DNA of 63,859 nucleotides, the filler included, from Stramenopiles sp. TOSAG23-3 (taxonomy: Eukaryota): assembly GCA_900128585.1 (NCBI GenBank). It is 14 parts of 14 records of this genome, joined end to end, with 100 filler letters (N's around TTAATTAATTAA, not from the genome) between each part and the next. Parts side by side here need not be neighbours in the genome. Positions count along the whole stretch, not along the records: positions 9,187 to 13,674 come from LT643815.1; positions 13,775 to 18,252 come from LT643816.1; positions 18,353 to 22,826 come from LT643817.1; 11 more parts are not named here. One strand, written 5' to 3'. The position numbers and the translations under genes are program-made. Each line of letters opens with the position of its first letter. Position 1 is the first letter of the stretch. The notes under the pieces are model-generated. The model saw only the letters and a list, made by a program, of their open reading frames with translations. It was not told where the DNA came from and ran no database searches. Positions 9,590 through 22,300 of this stretch are shown here, piece after piece.

Positions 9590-12500
9590 GTGCCTTGCGT
9601 AGCCCAGATGTCCCAGGGACCGAAACCAAAGTTTCTTCAAGTCCAACAAATTCTAAGGAACGCGAAAGCAGCGTACTCAGCGTTTGCAGCCGCTAGCGCG
9701 CACACAAGTGCGTTAAAAGCCAGCTTGTTTGTTCTAGAAAAGAAGCAAGGAATTGCTCAGGCCGAGAAAGATGCCAATAAGGCCATCGCCGACCAAAAGG
9801 CAAACGCCAACGCTGAAATTTCCAGGGTTACCACAACCCGCGAGAAAGAAACCCCGGAACTTAAATTGGCGGAGGCCACCAGCATGTTTCCAGTGAACGA
9901 AAGTAGCAAATCAGAAATAAACCAAGAAAATAAGGACGTGTTGGAGCAAGCCAAGAACCAGAAAAGTTCTGTTGCCGCTATGATGCAGAATGCGTCGGCA
10001 ATTGCAACATCACAGGCACAACGAGAAGCTTTTCAAGAGAAAAAGCAGCTTGAAAAAGAAAAGAAAGCAGACGCAAAAATCAAAAAATTGCACAGTGAGA
10101 CGGAGTCGATCATTTTGAACAGGGAGGACGGCTTAGTTGGGGCCATGCATGACAAACCGGCAGCCATGCTTGTAGTCAGAAAGCTAGCTTACGAAGCAAA
10201 GAAGCGAATGGGCACCGCAACTAAACGCTTAAAGGACGCTAAATTTGCCGTCCAAAAAGCACTGCAAGGCACGAAGACGGAAGCAAGCGAGATAACGCAT
10301 AAGCGATTGGTGGAATTGAAGATCAAAATGCACGAAGCCGTCCCAGTGAATGCATCATTTTACTTCTTGAACGGAGAAGTGTTGTTTGACCTACACCTTA
10401 TCATCCCGTCCACAACGTCTGTAACACTGAAAGGACTTCTTCAAGGAATCACAGACGTCGTTGCCCACGCTGCTGGAGTGAATAATGCTGCCGTAACGAC
10501 AGTACTACACAGCCGAGAGCACGTATCAGTCCGCATTGACGTGCACACTTTGGCAAAAGCCCAAGGGATTGCTGCGGAGATGAAAGAGTTTCTGAACGAT
10601 CCCACCGGGAGTGGATTTGAAGGATACCTTAGAAGAAGGTTAACAGCTACAAGCGATATGCACGCATTCTTAAAATCCATTGTTCGGGCAAGATGGACCC
10701 CGAGTGAACTGGTAAAAACAGTGAAACCCGTGAAATTGGATAAGTCCGACAACACCGAGTACAATATTGACGACTTTATGAACACGTACTTCCAGACGGA
10801 GCCAACAAAAGATGATGTCCATATTAAAAAAATTGTAACCAGAAACGAATCCTATTCCCCATTTGGCCTAGCTTTGCCAAACCTGCCGGACGCCAGTCGC
10901 TCAAATTTTGACCGCAGAAGCCCAGGCGCGTATGGAGGCGTGGTTGACCGATTAGAATTTGTAGAATACCAACGATCAATTCTGTCTTTGACAAACGATT
11001 ATATTGGCCATTTGGCAGCCAAAGCACAAGCAGTCCTGGAAATGAAGCGCGCAGAGCTCTTTGCGGCCGTAAGTGCACGGTCGGCTATTCTTCTTGGCGC
11101 TGGATTGACCAACACTACCTACGTCTACGATTCTTTGCCCAAGCCGACTCAGGCAAACCTGCTGAACCTTGATGAAGATATCAAAAAGAAACAAAACGCA
11201 CTTCCAAAGTTTATCGACATTGCCGAAGAGAAGACGGAGAAGGCGCGCACATCAAGCACTCAATTGGGGGATTTAGCAAAAGAACAGCAGCAATTGATCC
11301 AAAGCAAAAAATCATTTGAAATTTATGAGCAAGAGTTTGACGAAAAGAAAAGAAGCGTCACGGAGTCAAAAAAACGTGATGTTATCGCCAAGGCGGCGAT
11401 AGACAAGCGACAGGAAAAATTGCGCGTGGAAAAGGAAGAAATCGAACTGTTGAACGAGAAGAAGTTGGCTGAAAAGGGCCAGCTTGCAAAAGCAAAGACG
11501 GGCGTAACTGGAGCAACTGGAAATTCTATGACAGGAGGTGCCGCTGCAACGGGGGCTTCGTCAGGCCCAGTTACAGCGGAGGAAGTAAAGGAAGAAGAAG
11601 AAAAAAAGATTTTCTTTTTGACCAAAGAATTATCCACGGCAATGGAGACCATCAAAATAGCCGTTGACTCGGCTCGCATCGCACGCAAAAAGGTCATGGC
11701 AAATGATAAGCGCCAAAGCGAACAATTGAAGAACTTGACCACTGACTTAAGGGACAACGTTGAACGTAATGCTATATTTAAGCTTGGCGTTCAACGAAAA
11801 TTGGCAAAGCTACAGAGGGTTCAAGCAGACTTGGTTATAAAAGTAAGCGAAGCTCGTGCAAAAGCAAAATTTGCGAAGGTAAAGGCGGATAGACGCGTCG
11901 AATCGGTAAAGCCGGCCATTGGCGCTGTGACAAGGGTCGATGCTGCCACGACTGGTGCCACCGGCACAGCCGCTCGTGCAGCCACTGGTGCAGCCAAGAG
12001 AGCTGCCACTGGTGCAGCCAAGAGAGCTGCCACTGGTGCAGCCACGGGCCCCGCCCAAAAAATGGTCACCAAAGCTGCCACTGGCCCTACCACAAAAGCG
12101 ACCACCGGTGTTTCATCGCCCGAAAAACCAAAGTCATTAGCCCAAGTCGTGCAAGAGGCCCAAATGAGCATTTTAAAACCAAAAACACGGAAGGTGTGTC
12201 CTAATGGGTTATGCGAATGTGATGGACTCGGCTTCAAATTATGCGAGTGTTGCATGACGAGCGATATTACTGCGCTGCGAAAACTAGCAGAACAGGAAGT
12301 ATCGGGTGAGAAGACCGATCATGTCATGTCTGCGTTCGAAAAACTGCGCTCCTTGAAAGTAAAAATCATACACAAGACACATTCCTGTGATTTAGCGTCC
12401 AGTAAGTATTCGTCAATATCGAAGAAGGTAAAATCGACTACAGAAAGCATCCTGAGCAGCCAAGAGATGCTACAACGTGCATTGACCCTTCACGATGCTG

Positions 12501-13674
12501 CGCAAATTGAGGAGCATGGATCAAACCTAAAGGAGGGAAAACTGCAGTTAAATAGCTTGATGAAAGAGATGCCCGGAGCCCGTTTACAGCAGACGAAAGA
12601 ATGCCAAAGCGTTCGTATCCTGAAGGCAGAATTAGACAAGAAAATAATTCAAGCCCGTAAATTGAAAGAACAGGAGGTGAAAGCCAAGAATCGCGCGGCT
12701 GGGATGTTGAGGGATTCGTTAGAAAAACAGCTGGAAATGACAACCGCGAAATTCTTGAACGCGGAAAAGAGAGTTGCAGACAAGGTCTCCGAAGTTTTCA
12801 ATATCAAAGAAACCGGACAATCGCTTGCGACAGGTCCAGCGGATGAAGCTGCTTCAGCGACTGGAAGTGGATCTTCTGGGATGACCGGTCACGCACCAAC
12901 AGGTCTTGTCGGCGGAACCTTCACCGCAAGTGGCGGGGCGTTTTACGCTACCGGTCCTCGTGCCATCAATGAAAACACTGGCGCCAGCGGGACGACCGGG
13001 GCAACGGGATCAGCAACTGCGTCTGCTTACGATTACGCCTTGGAATTGCGTGCTGTGAACAACATGGATCGAACCACCGTGGCATTGAAGCCTGAGATTT
13101 ACGATGAACAAATAACCAAGACACTGGAAGTTGTTCGTCGCGAAATTTCCCTGGTAGAGAATGTTGAGCCGAAAAGTGACACGGAAAAGGTCAAATTAGA
13201 ATCTGTCAAGAATTGGCTTTTGAAAGCGGAGTTGAAGCTGGTCAAACTGAGCGCACAGGTTCAACATCTAGTGACTGATGTAAAACAACTGCGGCTTTTC
13301 CGGCGGGAAATAGACCGTTTACATGACATGAAACCGTCAGGAGTAGTAGACAATGCTGGGGGAAAACTGGTCGGTTACGACAAGACCCTCTCTATTCTCG
13401 GCGAAGCTATTTTTGGAGGGTATGGAGTGTTAAATTTTGGATCTTCAGAAAAAATATTCCTTCGCGTGGGAATTGCTAAGAAATTGCAAATTGCCAGCAG
13501 TCGCGTAAAATTGAACGACGCAGTGAAGGTCGATGGATCAAACGAGCGGGTCAAGGTGTCCTTTGAAATTGGAGTCAAGAATAGTACAATGGCTGTCAAC
13601 GCCAGACAGCAGATCGTTGGTCGGTTGAGTGAAATGACGGAAACGGTGTTCAAAGGCTTAAGAAGCAAAGTTGT
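9590..13674 (+). CDS. Very large coiled-coil protein with Ala/Thr/Gly-rich linkers (3' truncated, 5' end uncertain)
   Basis: More than 1360 uninterrupted codons running into the spacer. K/E/A-rich heptad segments alternate with ATGA/ATGP/TGATG tracts, plus a Cys cluster CPNGLCECDGLGFKLCECC. Confidence 0.85.
11981..12044 (+). repeat. In-frame 24-bp tandem repeat (~2.7 copies) encoding ATGAAKRA
   Basis: GCCACTGGTGCAGCCAAGAGAGCT at 11981-12004 and 12005-12028, with a partial third copy. Confidence 0.95.
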
Positions 13675-13779
13675 NNNNNNNNNNNNNNNNNNNNNNNNNN
13701 NNNNNNNNNNNNNNNNNNTTAATTAATTAANNNNNNNNNNNNNNNNNNNNNNNNNNNNNNNNNNNNNNNNNNNNGAAGG

Positions 13780-13816
13780 TAAAACCGTTCAAGAACCCAA
13801 ACTCCTCCTTGTTCCA
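13780..13816 (+). repeat. Dispersed repeat, copy 1
   Basis: TAAAACCGTTCAAGAACCCAAACTCCTCCTTGTTCCA is identical to 55048-55084 on another contig. Confidence 0.9.
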
Positions 13817-14196
13817 GAATAAGACTTCTGGTATTCATCATTCAAACTAACATGAAATATTTCCGATTTGTTTCCTTCCAGTTTCCAGTTTAGTTTAGTT
13901 ACGGTTAGTTTATATTAAATATCATACCGTTCCGTTGTGTCTGTGTGTCTCTCCTCATTCATATTTCCGATCTGTTTCCATCCTTTTGCTTATTTGCTAC
14001 CCGTACCGTACTGTATTGTATGAACGCGTTCAGAAAAATCGGAAATCCCCCTTAAATAATAAAAAAAGTACAGTGTAGAAGAAATGATGAATTCATTCCA
14101 GAATATTTTTATTATGGTCAAGTAGAGTTCTTCTATTTGCTTACTTACAACTGATATTTGCATAATCCAGGCGCACGCACATTCGATTGTTCCTGG

Positions 14197-15693
14197 TCAT
14201 ATGTTTCGGCGGAATGCCGTGCCAAAGGCAACTCTGATCACCACGAACAAAACGCAGCAAAAAGCAATAACGGCGATAGCCTGACCTGACTTTCTCCAGC
14301 TGCTGCTGCATTTTTTGACCGGGTTTCTCCGCGCTTTCGTAATTTCATCATTGCGTGTACTGACTGAATACGAGTATCTACCAAGAAAATGGAGAGCGAC
14401 CATCATATCATCATCGTTTCCATCTTTGTTTTTAATAACAATATTCATTGAGAAACGTACCCCGTCTCTAAGAGCGTGCAAAATGCTCGTGAACGATTCG
14501 GTATTCTGGACGTATGTGCATCTACTTTGAGACTCGTAGAAGTCTCCATAATTTGATATGTGAGCTGCGGAAGTATACACCAAATATTTGTCTATCGATT
14601 CGCATTTCCAATCCCATACATTGAAAATAGCATTTTCTCCGTAATCCATGTATAGCTTTTGGATCACACGCTTCTCACCGTCAGCGTCCCTCGCTATTCT
14701 AGGAAATCGCAGCACAGTTTTGGTGATATGGAAAGCGACATTCAATGAAAGCGGGTGCTGCGCTGGGGGTAAATCTGCCAAGCTGATGTCGTCTATTTTT
14801 CGCATTATCCAAGCAGGGACTTTGCGCTCGGATGGCCGCCGGTGGATAATTGAACTGCCCGGCACACGGATATTTTTGTCTTCCAAAGACTCTCGGGGGG
14901 TCAGAACTTCCGAATTTTTGCTGTATGCTGTTGTGGAAGAAGCCGTTGAGACAGAGGCTACACAGACTTTCTTTCGAGGCGGTTCACCGGTTCGAACCGG
15001 TAACTGACCAATAATGTCATCCAGAATTTGGGATACTCCCTCGAATACGTCGTAGTGGCAGTGACGCGCTTGTTCCAAGCAGAATTTGTACCCATCGTCC
15101 TGGTCTAGCCTGAATAGGACCTTCTTTCTAGCAACAGATACGCTATGAGAACCCGGGAAAGGGTAGGCGGACAAGCGCCTCCCGGGTCTAATCCTGGCGT
15201 TGGAAAGCTTCCAGTGCACAAGGCTATTCTGAAGCGCATCCGCAATCTCCTTGTCACCAGTGAACGACAGTCTGTTGCCTAGAAACCGATACGTGTGGCG
15301 GTCCTTCTCCTTTGGTGTTTTTACTATCTTCTTGTAGGGACCAAAGAAGGTTATGTGATTCCGCCACTTTGTCAACGTGAAGTCGTCCCGTTTTCTAAAC
15401 AGGTGAGAGAGGACAACCCAACGGCAGCAGTACGGAAACGGCATGGACTGTTGAACAGCCTGTAAATTTTCACCGAGGTCCACATTATTTAATATCAACC
15501 CTTTGGTATAAACGCCGTTTACCAAACCTATATTTATCAAAGTCTGCCGTATTTGTTCGACACATGCCTTGGATACGGGTTTTTTAAAGTAAATCCTGAC
15601 CGTTTTTTTATCTATCGTACGCACGTCAAGGATACGTATGTCTTGAATAAGGTTCCCAGCATTATCAAAATCAGTAGCGGTTAACGACGTCAT
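14197..15693 (-). CDS. Hypothetical protein, 498 aa, with C-terminal transmembrane anchor
   Basis: Long ATG-initiated ORF ending in hydrophobic AIAVIAFCCVLFVVIRVAFGTAF followed by RRNI. Confidence 0.75.
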   Translation of the reverse strand: MTSLTATDFDNAGNLIQDIRILDVRTIDKKTVRIYFKKPVSKACVEQIRQTLINIGLVNGVYTKGLILNNVDLGENLQAVQQSMPFPYCCRWVVLSHLFRKRDDFTLTKWRNHITFFGPYKKIVKTPKEKDRHTYRFLGNRLSFTGDKEIADALQNSLVHWKLSNARIRPGRRLSAYPFPGSHSVSVARKKVLFRLDQDDGYKFCLEQARHCHYDVFEGVSQILDDIIGQLPVRTGEPPRKKVCVASVSTASSTTAYSKNSEVLTPRESLEDKNIRVPGSSIIHRRPSERKVPAWIMRKIDDISLADLPPAQHPLSLNVAFHITKTVLRFPRIARDADGEKRVIQKLYMDYGENAIFNVWDWKCESIDKYLVYTSAAHISNYGDFYESQSRCTYVQNTESFTSILHALRDGVRFSMNIVIKNKDGNDDDMMVALHFLGRYSYSVSTRNDEITKARRNPVKKCSSSWRKSGQAIAVIAFCCVLFVVIRVAFGTAFRRNI

Positions 15694-16642
15694 GTTGTCG
15701 CTCTTCTATATGATCAATTATTATGGAAAAGAGAAAGGCAACCAAACGAATAAAGTTGTCGGGTGTTCAGAAGACGGAGGAAAGAAAGAAAGGCTCAAGT
15801 CGTCTTGCTCATACTTTTATTAGTACTAGTAGACCGACTATTTTATTCGATCTAACCAAAAGAAATAATGACGTGATTTTCACAATGAATTTGCGTACAA
15901 TAGTTTTTTAGATTTTTTTATACAATTTTTGCTCCTACTATTACAGTACGCTGACAAAATTGACTAACAAAAGGATCCACAAATGAAAAATTTGTTCACT
16001 TTTTGTTGTTGGTGTAGTATGGTGTGTGGTGGCTTTGCTTTGCCTCGACTTTATATTTGGTGACAAAAATTGTACGATACAATTGAATAGGACTATTTAA
16101 TTTAAAATATATTTGCCAATCAGAAGAATGATTCGTCTACCTCGTCCTCCTCCTATTTGTCTCTTTCTTTCTTTTCTTTCTTTCTTGCTTGAAATAGGTT
16201 TTCAGTTAGGGTTAGGGTTGTAATAAGGTTTATTATTCTTATTTTTTGTTTTTTGCTTCTTTCTTTCTTTCAAAAAAAACAAAAAAAATATATATTATTT
16301 TTTTTTTTGATGATAGTTGTTAGATATAGAAATACAAGGTAACTATCATCAAAAGAAGTATTCTTTCTTTCTCTCTTCTCTCTTCTTTCTTCTTCTTTCT
16401 TAAATAATTATTTTTTTGTGTCTGTTTTTTTTTCATACTACTACCTGTGTACCCTTCTATTAATAATGTAATAAAAGGATGCGAAACAACGTACGAAATC
16501 GTCCAAGAGTTGAGTTATAGCAGCGAAAGTGATTTAAATTGGCTTTACAATTTTGATTCTCTCTCACGTCGTTTAAATACTAGCAATTTTTTGGCATTAT
16601 AAGTTTTCTCTCTCCAAGTTTTATTGAATTTTACGCGCAAAC

Positions 16643-17140
16643 ATGGCACCAACGCAAACCCGTTTGGAAACGCAGGTAATGGACGCGGAAGGAAAGCATC
16701 CACCAAACATAGAGCACGGCTGTGGCTCGCTTCATGTAGCGTGCATGCGAGGTGACTTAGAAAGTGTAGGTATTCTCCTTGAAAGTGGGGATTATAGTCT
16801 GAGTGAAAGGTGTGCACACGGTGGCACTCCTCTTACGTACGCGGCGTGGAATACGGACAAGGCGGAGATCATCCACTTGTTGCTTCAAGACCCGGTAGGA
16901 AGGGAAATGCTGAACGAGCAGGACAACGATGGCTTCACTCCACTCATTTGCGCAGTCTATGGCAACAACCCAAACGTAGTAGAAGCCCTTTTGTCGTATC
17001 CAAACATTGACGTGTTTGTAAAAGAAGACGTTCACGGCGATACAGCGTTAGACAAGGCCGAAGGTGGTAACCGCCAAACTTGTACTCAGCTGCTGCTCGA
17101 TTACATTGACAGCATAGGACCCAGTCCCCCCGAGTATTGA
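16643..17140 (+). CDS. Ankyrin repeat protein (about 4 repeats)
   Basis: SLHVACMRGDLESVGILL, GGTPLTYAA, DNDGFTPLICAVYGNNPNVVEALL, HGDTALDKA. Confidence 0.92.
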   Translation: MAPTQTRLETQVMDAEGKHPPNIEHGCGSLHVACMRGDLESVGILLESGDYSLSERCAHGGTPLTYAAWNTDKAEIIHLLLQDPVGREMLNEQDNDGFTPLICAVYGNNPNVVEALLSYPNIDVFVKEDVHGDTALDKAEGGNRQTCTQLLLDYIDSIGPSPPEY

Positions 17141-17634
17141 TTTTTGTGCCGAGCTGGACGAATCTACTGATTACTTCGCACGAAGTAATGGTTTAGTTGT
17201 GCGCTTGTTCTACATTCTTGGTATCATTACAAAATGTAGTTTTCTTGCATACTCAAAGGTTTAATTATAAAAAAAAACAAATTATATAGTATGCTTTAAG
17301 ACTCTCATTTTAAATCAATTACTACTATTTCAGTTCCAACCCTAATCCTATCTTGATGGTTTAACTTGATTTTTTTATTTAATTTTTTTTTTATTATATT
17401 ATTATTATATAAGGTTTAATTATATACATATGTACATACCATTTAGTAGTTTGCAGCCCCTTGCGAGTTTTGTAAACCTCCATTTCACTGGGGGGGAAAT
17501 AAGAGTACATTTTTCGCATTTCTTTCTTTTCTCTCTGTCCCCTTTTTTTTATTACCATCATATCATTGGTATTTTTTCCTCCTGCGTAACCCTTCCAACT
17601 TTCATAACAAAGACTCCTCCAGCTTCGACTCAAC

Positions 17635-18252
17635 TCACTCCACGGACTCGTTACTCTTGACAGGCAAATCAAACACGGTCGGTTTGTTCATGGGCCTATA
17701 TTGCAAGGTGCACGTGCTGGCATTGATGAACGTTGTCACACGATTCGTTGTGACACCGTAACCTTCGTGCACATGGCCAAAAACGTGAACGAGCGGCTTG
17801 ATTCTACCCTCAATTTGATTCAGCAACTCAAGGCAACCGGCCCGGTGCTTGCCTGGTAGGCAAAGATCCCCGTAACCCAATGGGGGGCCATGCGTCAGCA
17901 AAATGTCCGTTTCTGTTGGGATCTTGTCCCATATTTTGTCGCACTCGGCCCCTCGCTTTAAATTAAACGCCCAATTGCAAAATTCGGGCTGCCACGGGCT
18001 CCCATAAACGTTATACCCAAAGATATTCTCCACCGTCGCGTCCTCTAGGTACGTAAAATGTGGGGAAGTCCGCATCAGGCGACGCGCTTCCTCATCGTTT
18101 TTCCTTTTCCCAAAATGGAAGCGTTTGCACAGCTCGGGGTAGTAGGAATCTTCGTCCAGGGTCAAGTCGTGATTACCTGCAATAACTATTTTGTGTTTGT
18201 ACTGTGTCAGTTCGGACATCCAGTCGCAAAAGTCCGAGATCTGCTTAACTTC
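17635..18252 (-). CDS. Metallophosphoesterase, MPPED1/2 (239FB)-like (5' truncated)
   Basis: KIVIAGNHD, YGSPWQPEFCNWAF, TDILLTHGPPLGYGD, HVFGHVHEGYG, FINASTC. The frame is open to the contig end. Confidence 0.92.
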   Translation of the reverse strand, partial: EVKQISDFCDWMSELTQYKHKIVIAGNHDLTLDEDSYYPELCKRFHFGKRKNDEEARRLMRTSPHFTYLEDATVENIFGYNVYGSPWQPEFCNWAFNLKRGAECDKIWDKIPTETDILLTHGPPLGYGDLCLPGKHRAGCLELLNQIEGRIKPLVHVFGHVHEGYGVTTNRVTTFINASTCTLQYRPMNKPTVFDLPVKSNESVE

Positions 18253-19351
18253 NNNNNNNNNNNNNNNNNNNNNNNNNNNNNNNNNNNNNNNNNNNNTTAA
18301 TTAATTAANNNNNNNNNNNNNNNNNNNNNNNNNNNNNNNNNNNNNNNNNNNNTACTTATATAAAAAAGTGGTTCGGTACTTCCCTATGAATCCAATGAAT
18401 GCGTTTTCAGAAAACGTTCGGTCATCTCTCTCTCTCTAATAGTCAGTCGTCTATCAGTTTACACTTATTATGTTTGAATATAATACAGATTAAGTACAAT
18501 CTGAAATCGAACTTTCTGAAATTCGTTGAATCGCTTTTTCTCTTCTCCTCGTCGTTTGTCTCCTTGTAAACCACATTATATTTTGCCTATATCATATTGG
18601 TACTGTAGTGTAATAGTGTGACTACATCTTCTTCTATAACTTACGAAACTGACTGCATCAGTACAGCAGCGATCCTGCGCTGCGAACGGACAAAAAAAAA
18701 AATCAAAAGAACGCAACTACTGCACGCAATAAATGATAAATGTCACGATCCAAGTTATAGATTGTGGACGTCTTTTTTGCCATGATAATAGGTGACATCT
18801 GATTTAATACAACTTCCGCACCGCATACCGTAGTACCGTAGCAGTAGTGAAGTCCCTGACGGTAATTATTCCTTCCTTATCCTCGTAAATTACAATAAAG
18901 TCGTCTCGTCGTCAGCAAAAAAGTTCTCCTCGTTGTGTTCGTGTTGTGTGCAACAAATCCGGTGCATCTCGTCTCAGGACACACCACCATAGAACAAAGG
19001 ACCACCATTATCAGTCCATCAACAGCAAATAATAAGAGCAACAGTCGTCCGTCCATATTTTAGTTATTTTTTTTTTTAATTATTATGATGATGTGTACTA
19101 CGAAGGAGGTGGTGTGCCGCTATTTTTTATTATTTTATTAAATATTATTATGCTACTCCGATTATTATTATTATTGCTTGAAGGTCCGATTGTATCATAT
19201 TATGTAGTGAGTTGTATAAATGATGCAACGAAATAACACGTATCCAGTAAAAGAGTAAAAAGAGTGACTCAAGCAAGATTGTAAATACCCGAGCGCTCCC
19301 CATCTTAGGTTGAAAAGAAAACACTCCAGTCTAGTACAGAAGGTTTGGACC

Positions 19352-22300
19352 ATGGGTCTTGGAAGCAGTAAACAGAAGGAAGTGGCTGCTGCGCCAACCA
19401 AGATAAATAGACGGCAGTCGATTTCAAAACTGAAAACTGGGTATAAGTTAGACCCGCATAACTTGTCGGATGACTACTTCAAGTCCATTTTTAACGTCAG
19501 GCAGCACCCACTGGTAACAAAAGACCATCTAGATGTTTTCCTCAACTGTTGGGAGAAACACTGCGCAAACATTGGTGCTGTCTTTTACAAAGACCCCAGC
19601 CAAGATGGAAAACAACTGCTCTTTCCGGGCGGCCTGCGAGAATTGTTTCATGAACAGCTAGAAAACCTACATTCCATGCTGGCATTTGGTACGTTGAGGC
19701 TCCAGTACAAATACAAGAGGATGTATTCGGACCAGCAAACCTTGGAGCTCTCTAAAAGTGCTTTGGCCCGAGCAATATCCCAGGTACCGATAATTAAAAT
19801 ACTCGACTTTTCAGAAGTCGGCTTGACGGAAAATACTGCGACGCAGTTTTTATTGTGTATGGAAGATCAGCTCGAGATTTCGGGATGTTTGTCAGAAGAG
19901 AGAGTGCTGCGAGCGTTAAGGGAAGAGAAAAGTTTTAAACGCCAACTGTCTCCGCCACAATCGGGGAAAAAGTATATAGTTTCACCAAAGCCAGAGAAAG
20001 TCGTCTTCGAAGCTATTACAAGCGCGTTGCAAGACTCGACTCAGATAGAAATTGAACCTTTGTACTACTTGGAAAGGTTAATTTACGCTAGGGGTAGCGG
20101 GGCGACGAAACTAAGCCGCAGTGCCAGTATGGCGATTTTCAGTAAGTCGTTTAAACTCAATACAGAACAGAAAACAAGGGATTCGCTGGTAGAAGCGCCA
20201 AAGGTCAACAACACAGAAAAAATGGATCGAATATTAAAACATGCTATGCAGTGTGGAGAAAAGCTTTATACATGCAACGCACGGTTGGATGCAACAAGAA
20301 CCTTTCAAAAAATTGATGAAGACCTTTCCGGGGAAATAGACACAGCCGAATTAGCAAAAGCATTAGAAGACTTAGGGATGAATGTTACGAACGACCTTCT
20401 GCAGGATGTCATGATACACGTTGATGAGGATCGTAGTGGAAAGGTGTCAGAGGAAGAGTTCATAGCTGCGATTGTAAAGCGGTCACGGCGGCGTAAAACG
20501 GAAGAGACTGTAAAACGAAATCTAGTCAACATTATGCCAATTAAGCCGCATGTCCAGAGCTATGCAATACATCCGCATAGCGATTTTATGCATTACTGGG
20601 ATCTGATAATTGTGGTGCTGTTGATATTTACCGCCACATTCACCATATTTGAAATTTGTTTCCTTGGGGCCAGCGGGGAACTGGATACAATGTTCTGGGT
20701 AAACCGAACCATTGACATCATTTTCACGATGGATCTTATCATGCACTTTTTCATAATGATACCGCGCCCAAACACGGATGCAATGATCTCGGATATAAAG
20801 ATTATAGCAAGAAAGTACGCGCAGTCTTGGTTGATCGTCGATCTTTTGTCTGTTATTCCTTACGATGCCTTTGCACTTGGAACCGACCAAGCAGTTCACT
20901 CTGACAACAGCGCTAAGGTAGAGAATTTACGGGTCTTGCGCCTTCTTCGACTTTTGCGACTACTAAAACTGGCCAGGGTCTTGCGCGGGTTTCGTTTGAT
21001 CCGGCGCTGGGAGGATTTGTACGGGGTTACTGTAAAGTATGGGATTCAGCAAATAATAAAGTTCATGTTTATTATGCTCATTATTTGCCACTGGATTGCA
21101 TGTCTGTGGAGTTTCGTTACTATATTCAGCGTTGACAACCAAAGTTGGGTTATTGTTAACGATTACAGCGATTACTCGATTATGGAGCTATACATGGTTT
21201 GTGTCTACTGGGCGCTGCAAACGATATCAACGATTGGATATGGCGATGTTGCTAACCCTACAACGCCTTTAGAGCGATTAATCGCCGTTTTTGCCATGAT
21301 TGTAGGCTCGATTGTATGGGCGTACCTTATGGGTGTCATTGTCAGCAATGCAGTTTCGCTAAACAAATTGGAACAGGACCATCATTCCAGAATGGACAGT
21401 TTAGAGGTTTTCATGGACGAAAAGCAGTTGGATTTTGAACTTCGAAGGCGACTTCGGTTCTATTTCCGACGGAGACGGTCTCTCGATACGATGGAAAATT
21501 TTCAAGACCTTCTCAGGTCAATGTCTCCATCACTTCGCGGCGATGTTGCCCTTTCGATTACGTCAAAGTGGTTGCCAAAAGTTCCTTGGCTGCGCAATGG
21601 GGAAAAGAACTTCGTCACTAGCATAGCCTTGAATTTGAAGCCGGAGATTTACCCGCCCATGGAAATGGTTGCAGGGGATATTTTTCATGTAATTTCTAGG
21701 GGAATTGCTATTAAAGACATGCAAGTGTTTTGCGGCGGCATGGTGTGGGGGTTGGATATGATTTTGTCCAATCAGAAATTGAGGAAAATGAAACCTGCGA
21801 TTGCTCTTACCTTTCTAGAGACTAGCGCTTTGAGCAGAAGTGATTTTATGCATGTTCTTGAAAGGTTTCCCAGAGAAAAATCCAAAGTAAGAAGGTCCGT
21901 TATCTGGCTTGCTTTTCGAAGAAAGTTCACGTCACATGCCCAGGAGATTGAGGCCATGACGGATCAGCTTAGCCGTGTTCTGAGACGAGATGTACTTAAT
22001 GGAATCATAGATGTGCGAGAAGTATTCAAAAAGTGCGACAAAAATGGAGACGGTGAGTTGGATTTCTTTGAATTTAGTGATGGTCTCCGGGCCCTTGGCT
22101 TCAGTCCCTCTCAAGAAGTGCTTGAGAATTTGATGATTCGGTTTCGCGGCCATAATTGCAACACTAGAATTAGTATTGCAGACTTTCTGGAATTCTTTGC
22201 GGTACGGCACAGGCCGAAGCGCCACAACCTTGAGACTTTGCCACTGTTGCAAAAAAGGAAGACATTGTTGGGGATGACACGCTCGTTGGCAAATCAAGGT

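Noticed and set aside
16206-16219. TTAGGGTTAGGG telomere-like motif (also single units near 17340 and 39952)
   Set aside because: At most two units and internal to contigs; too short to call a telomere or telomeric element.
18353-19300. Possible tRNA/snRNA genes in the long non-coding stretches (also 61900-63859)
   Set aside because: No cloverleaf, T-loop consensus or snRNA motif recognised by eye; an Infernal/tRNAscan run would be needed to exclude them.
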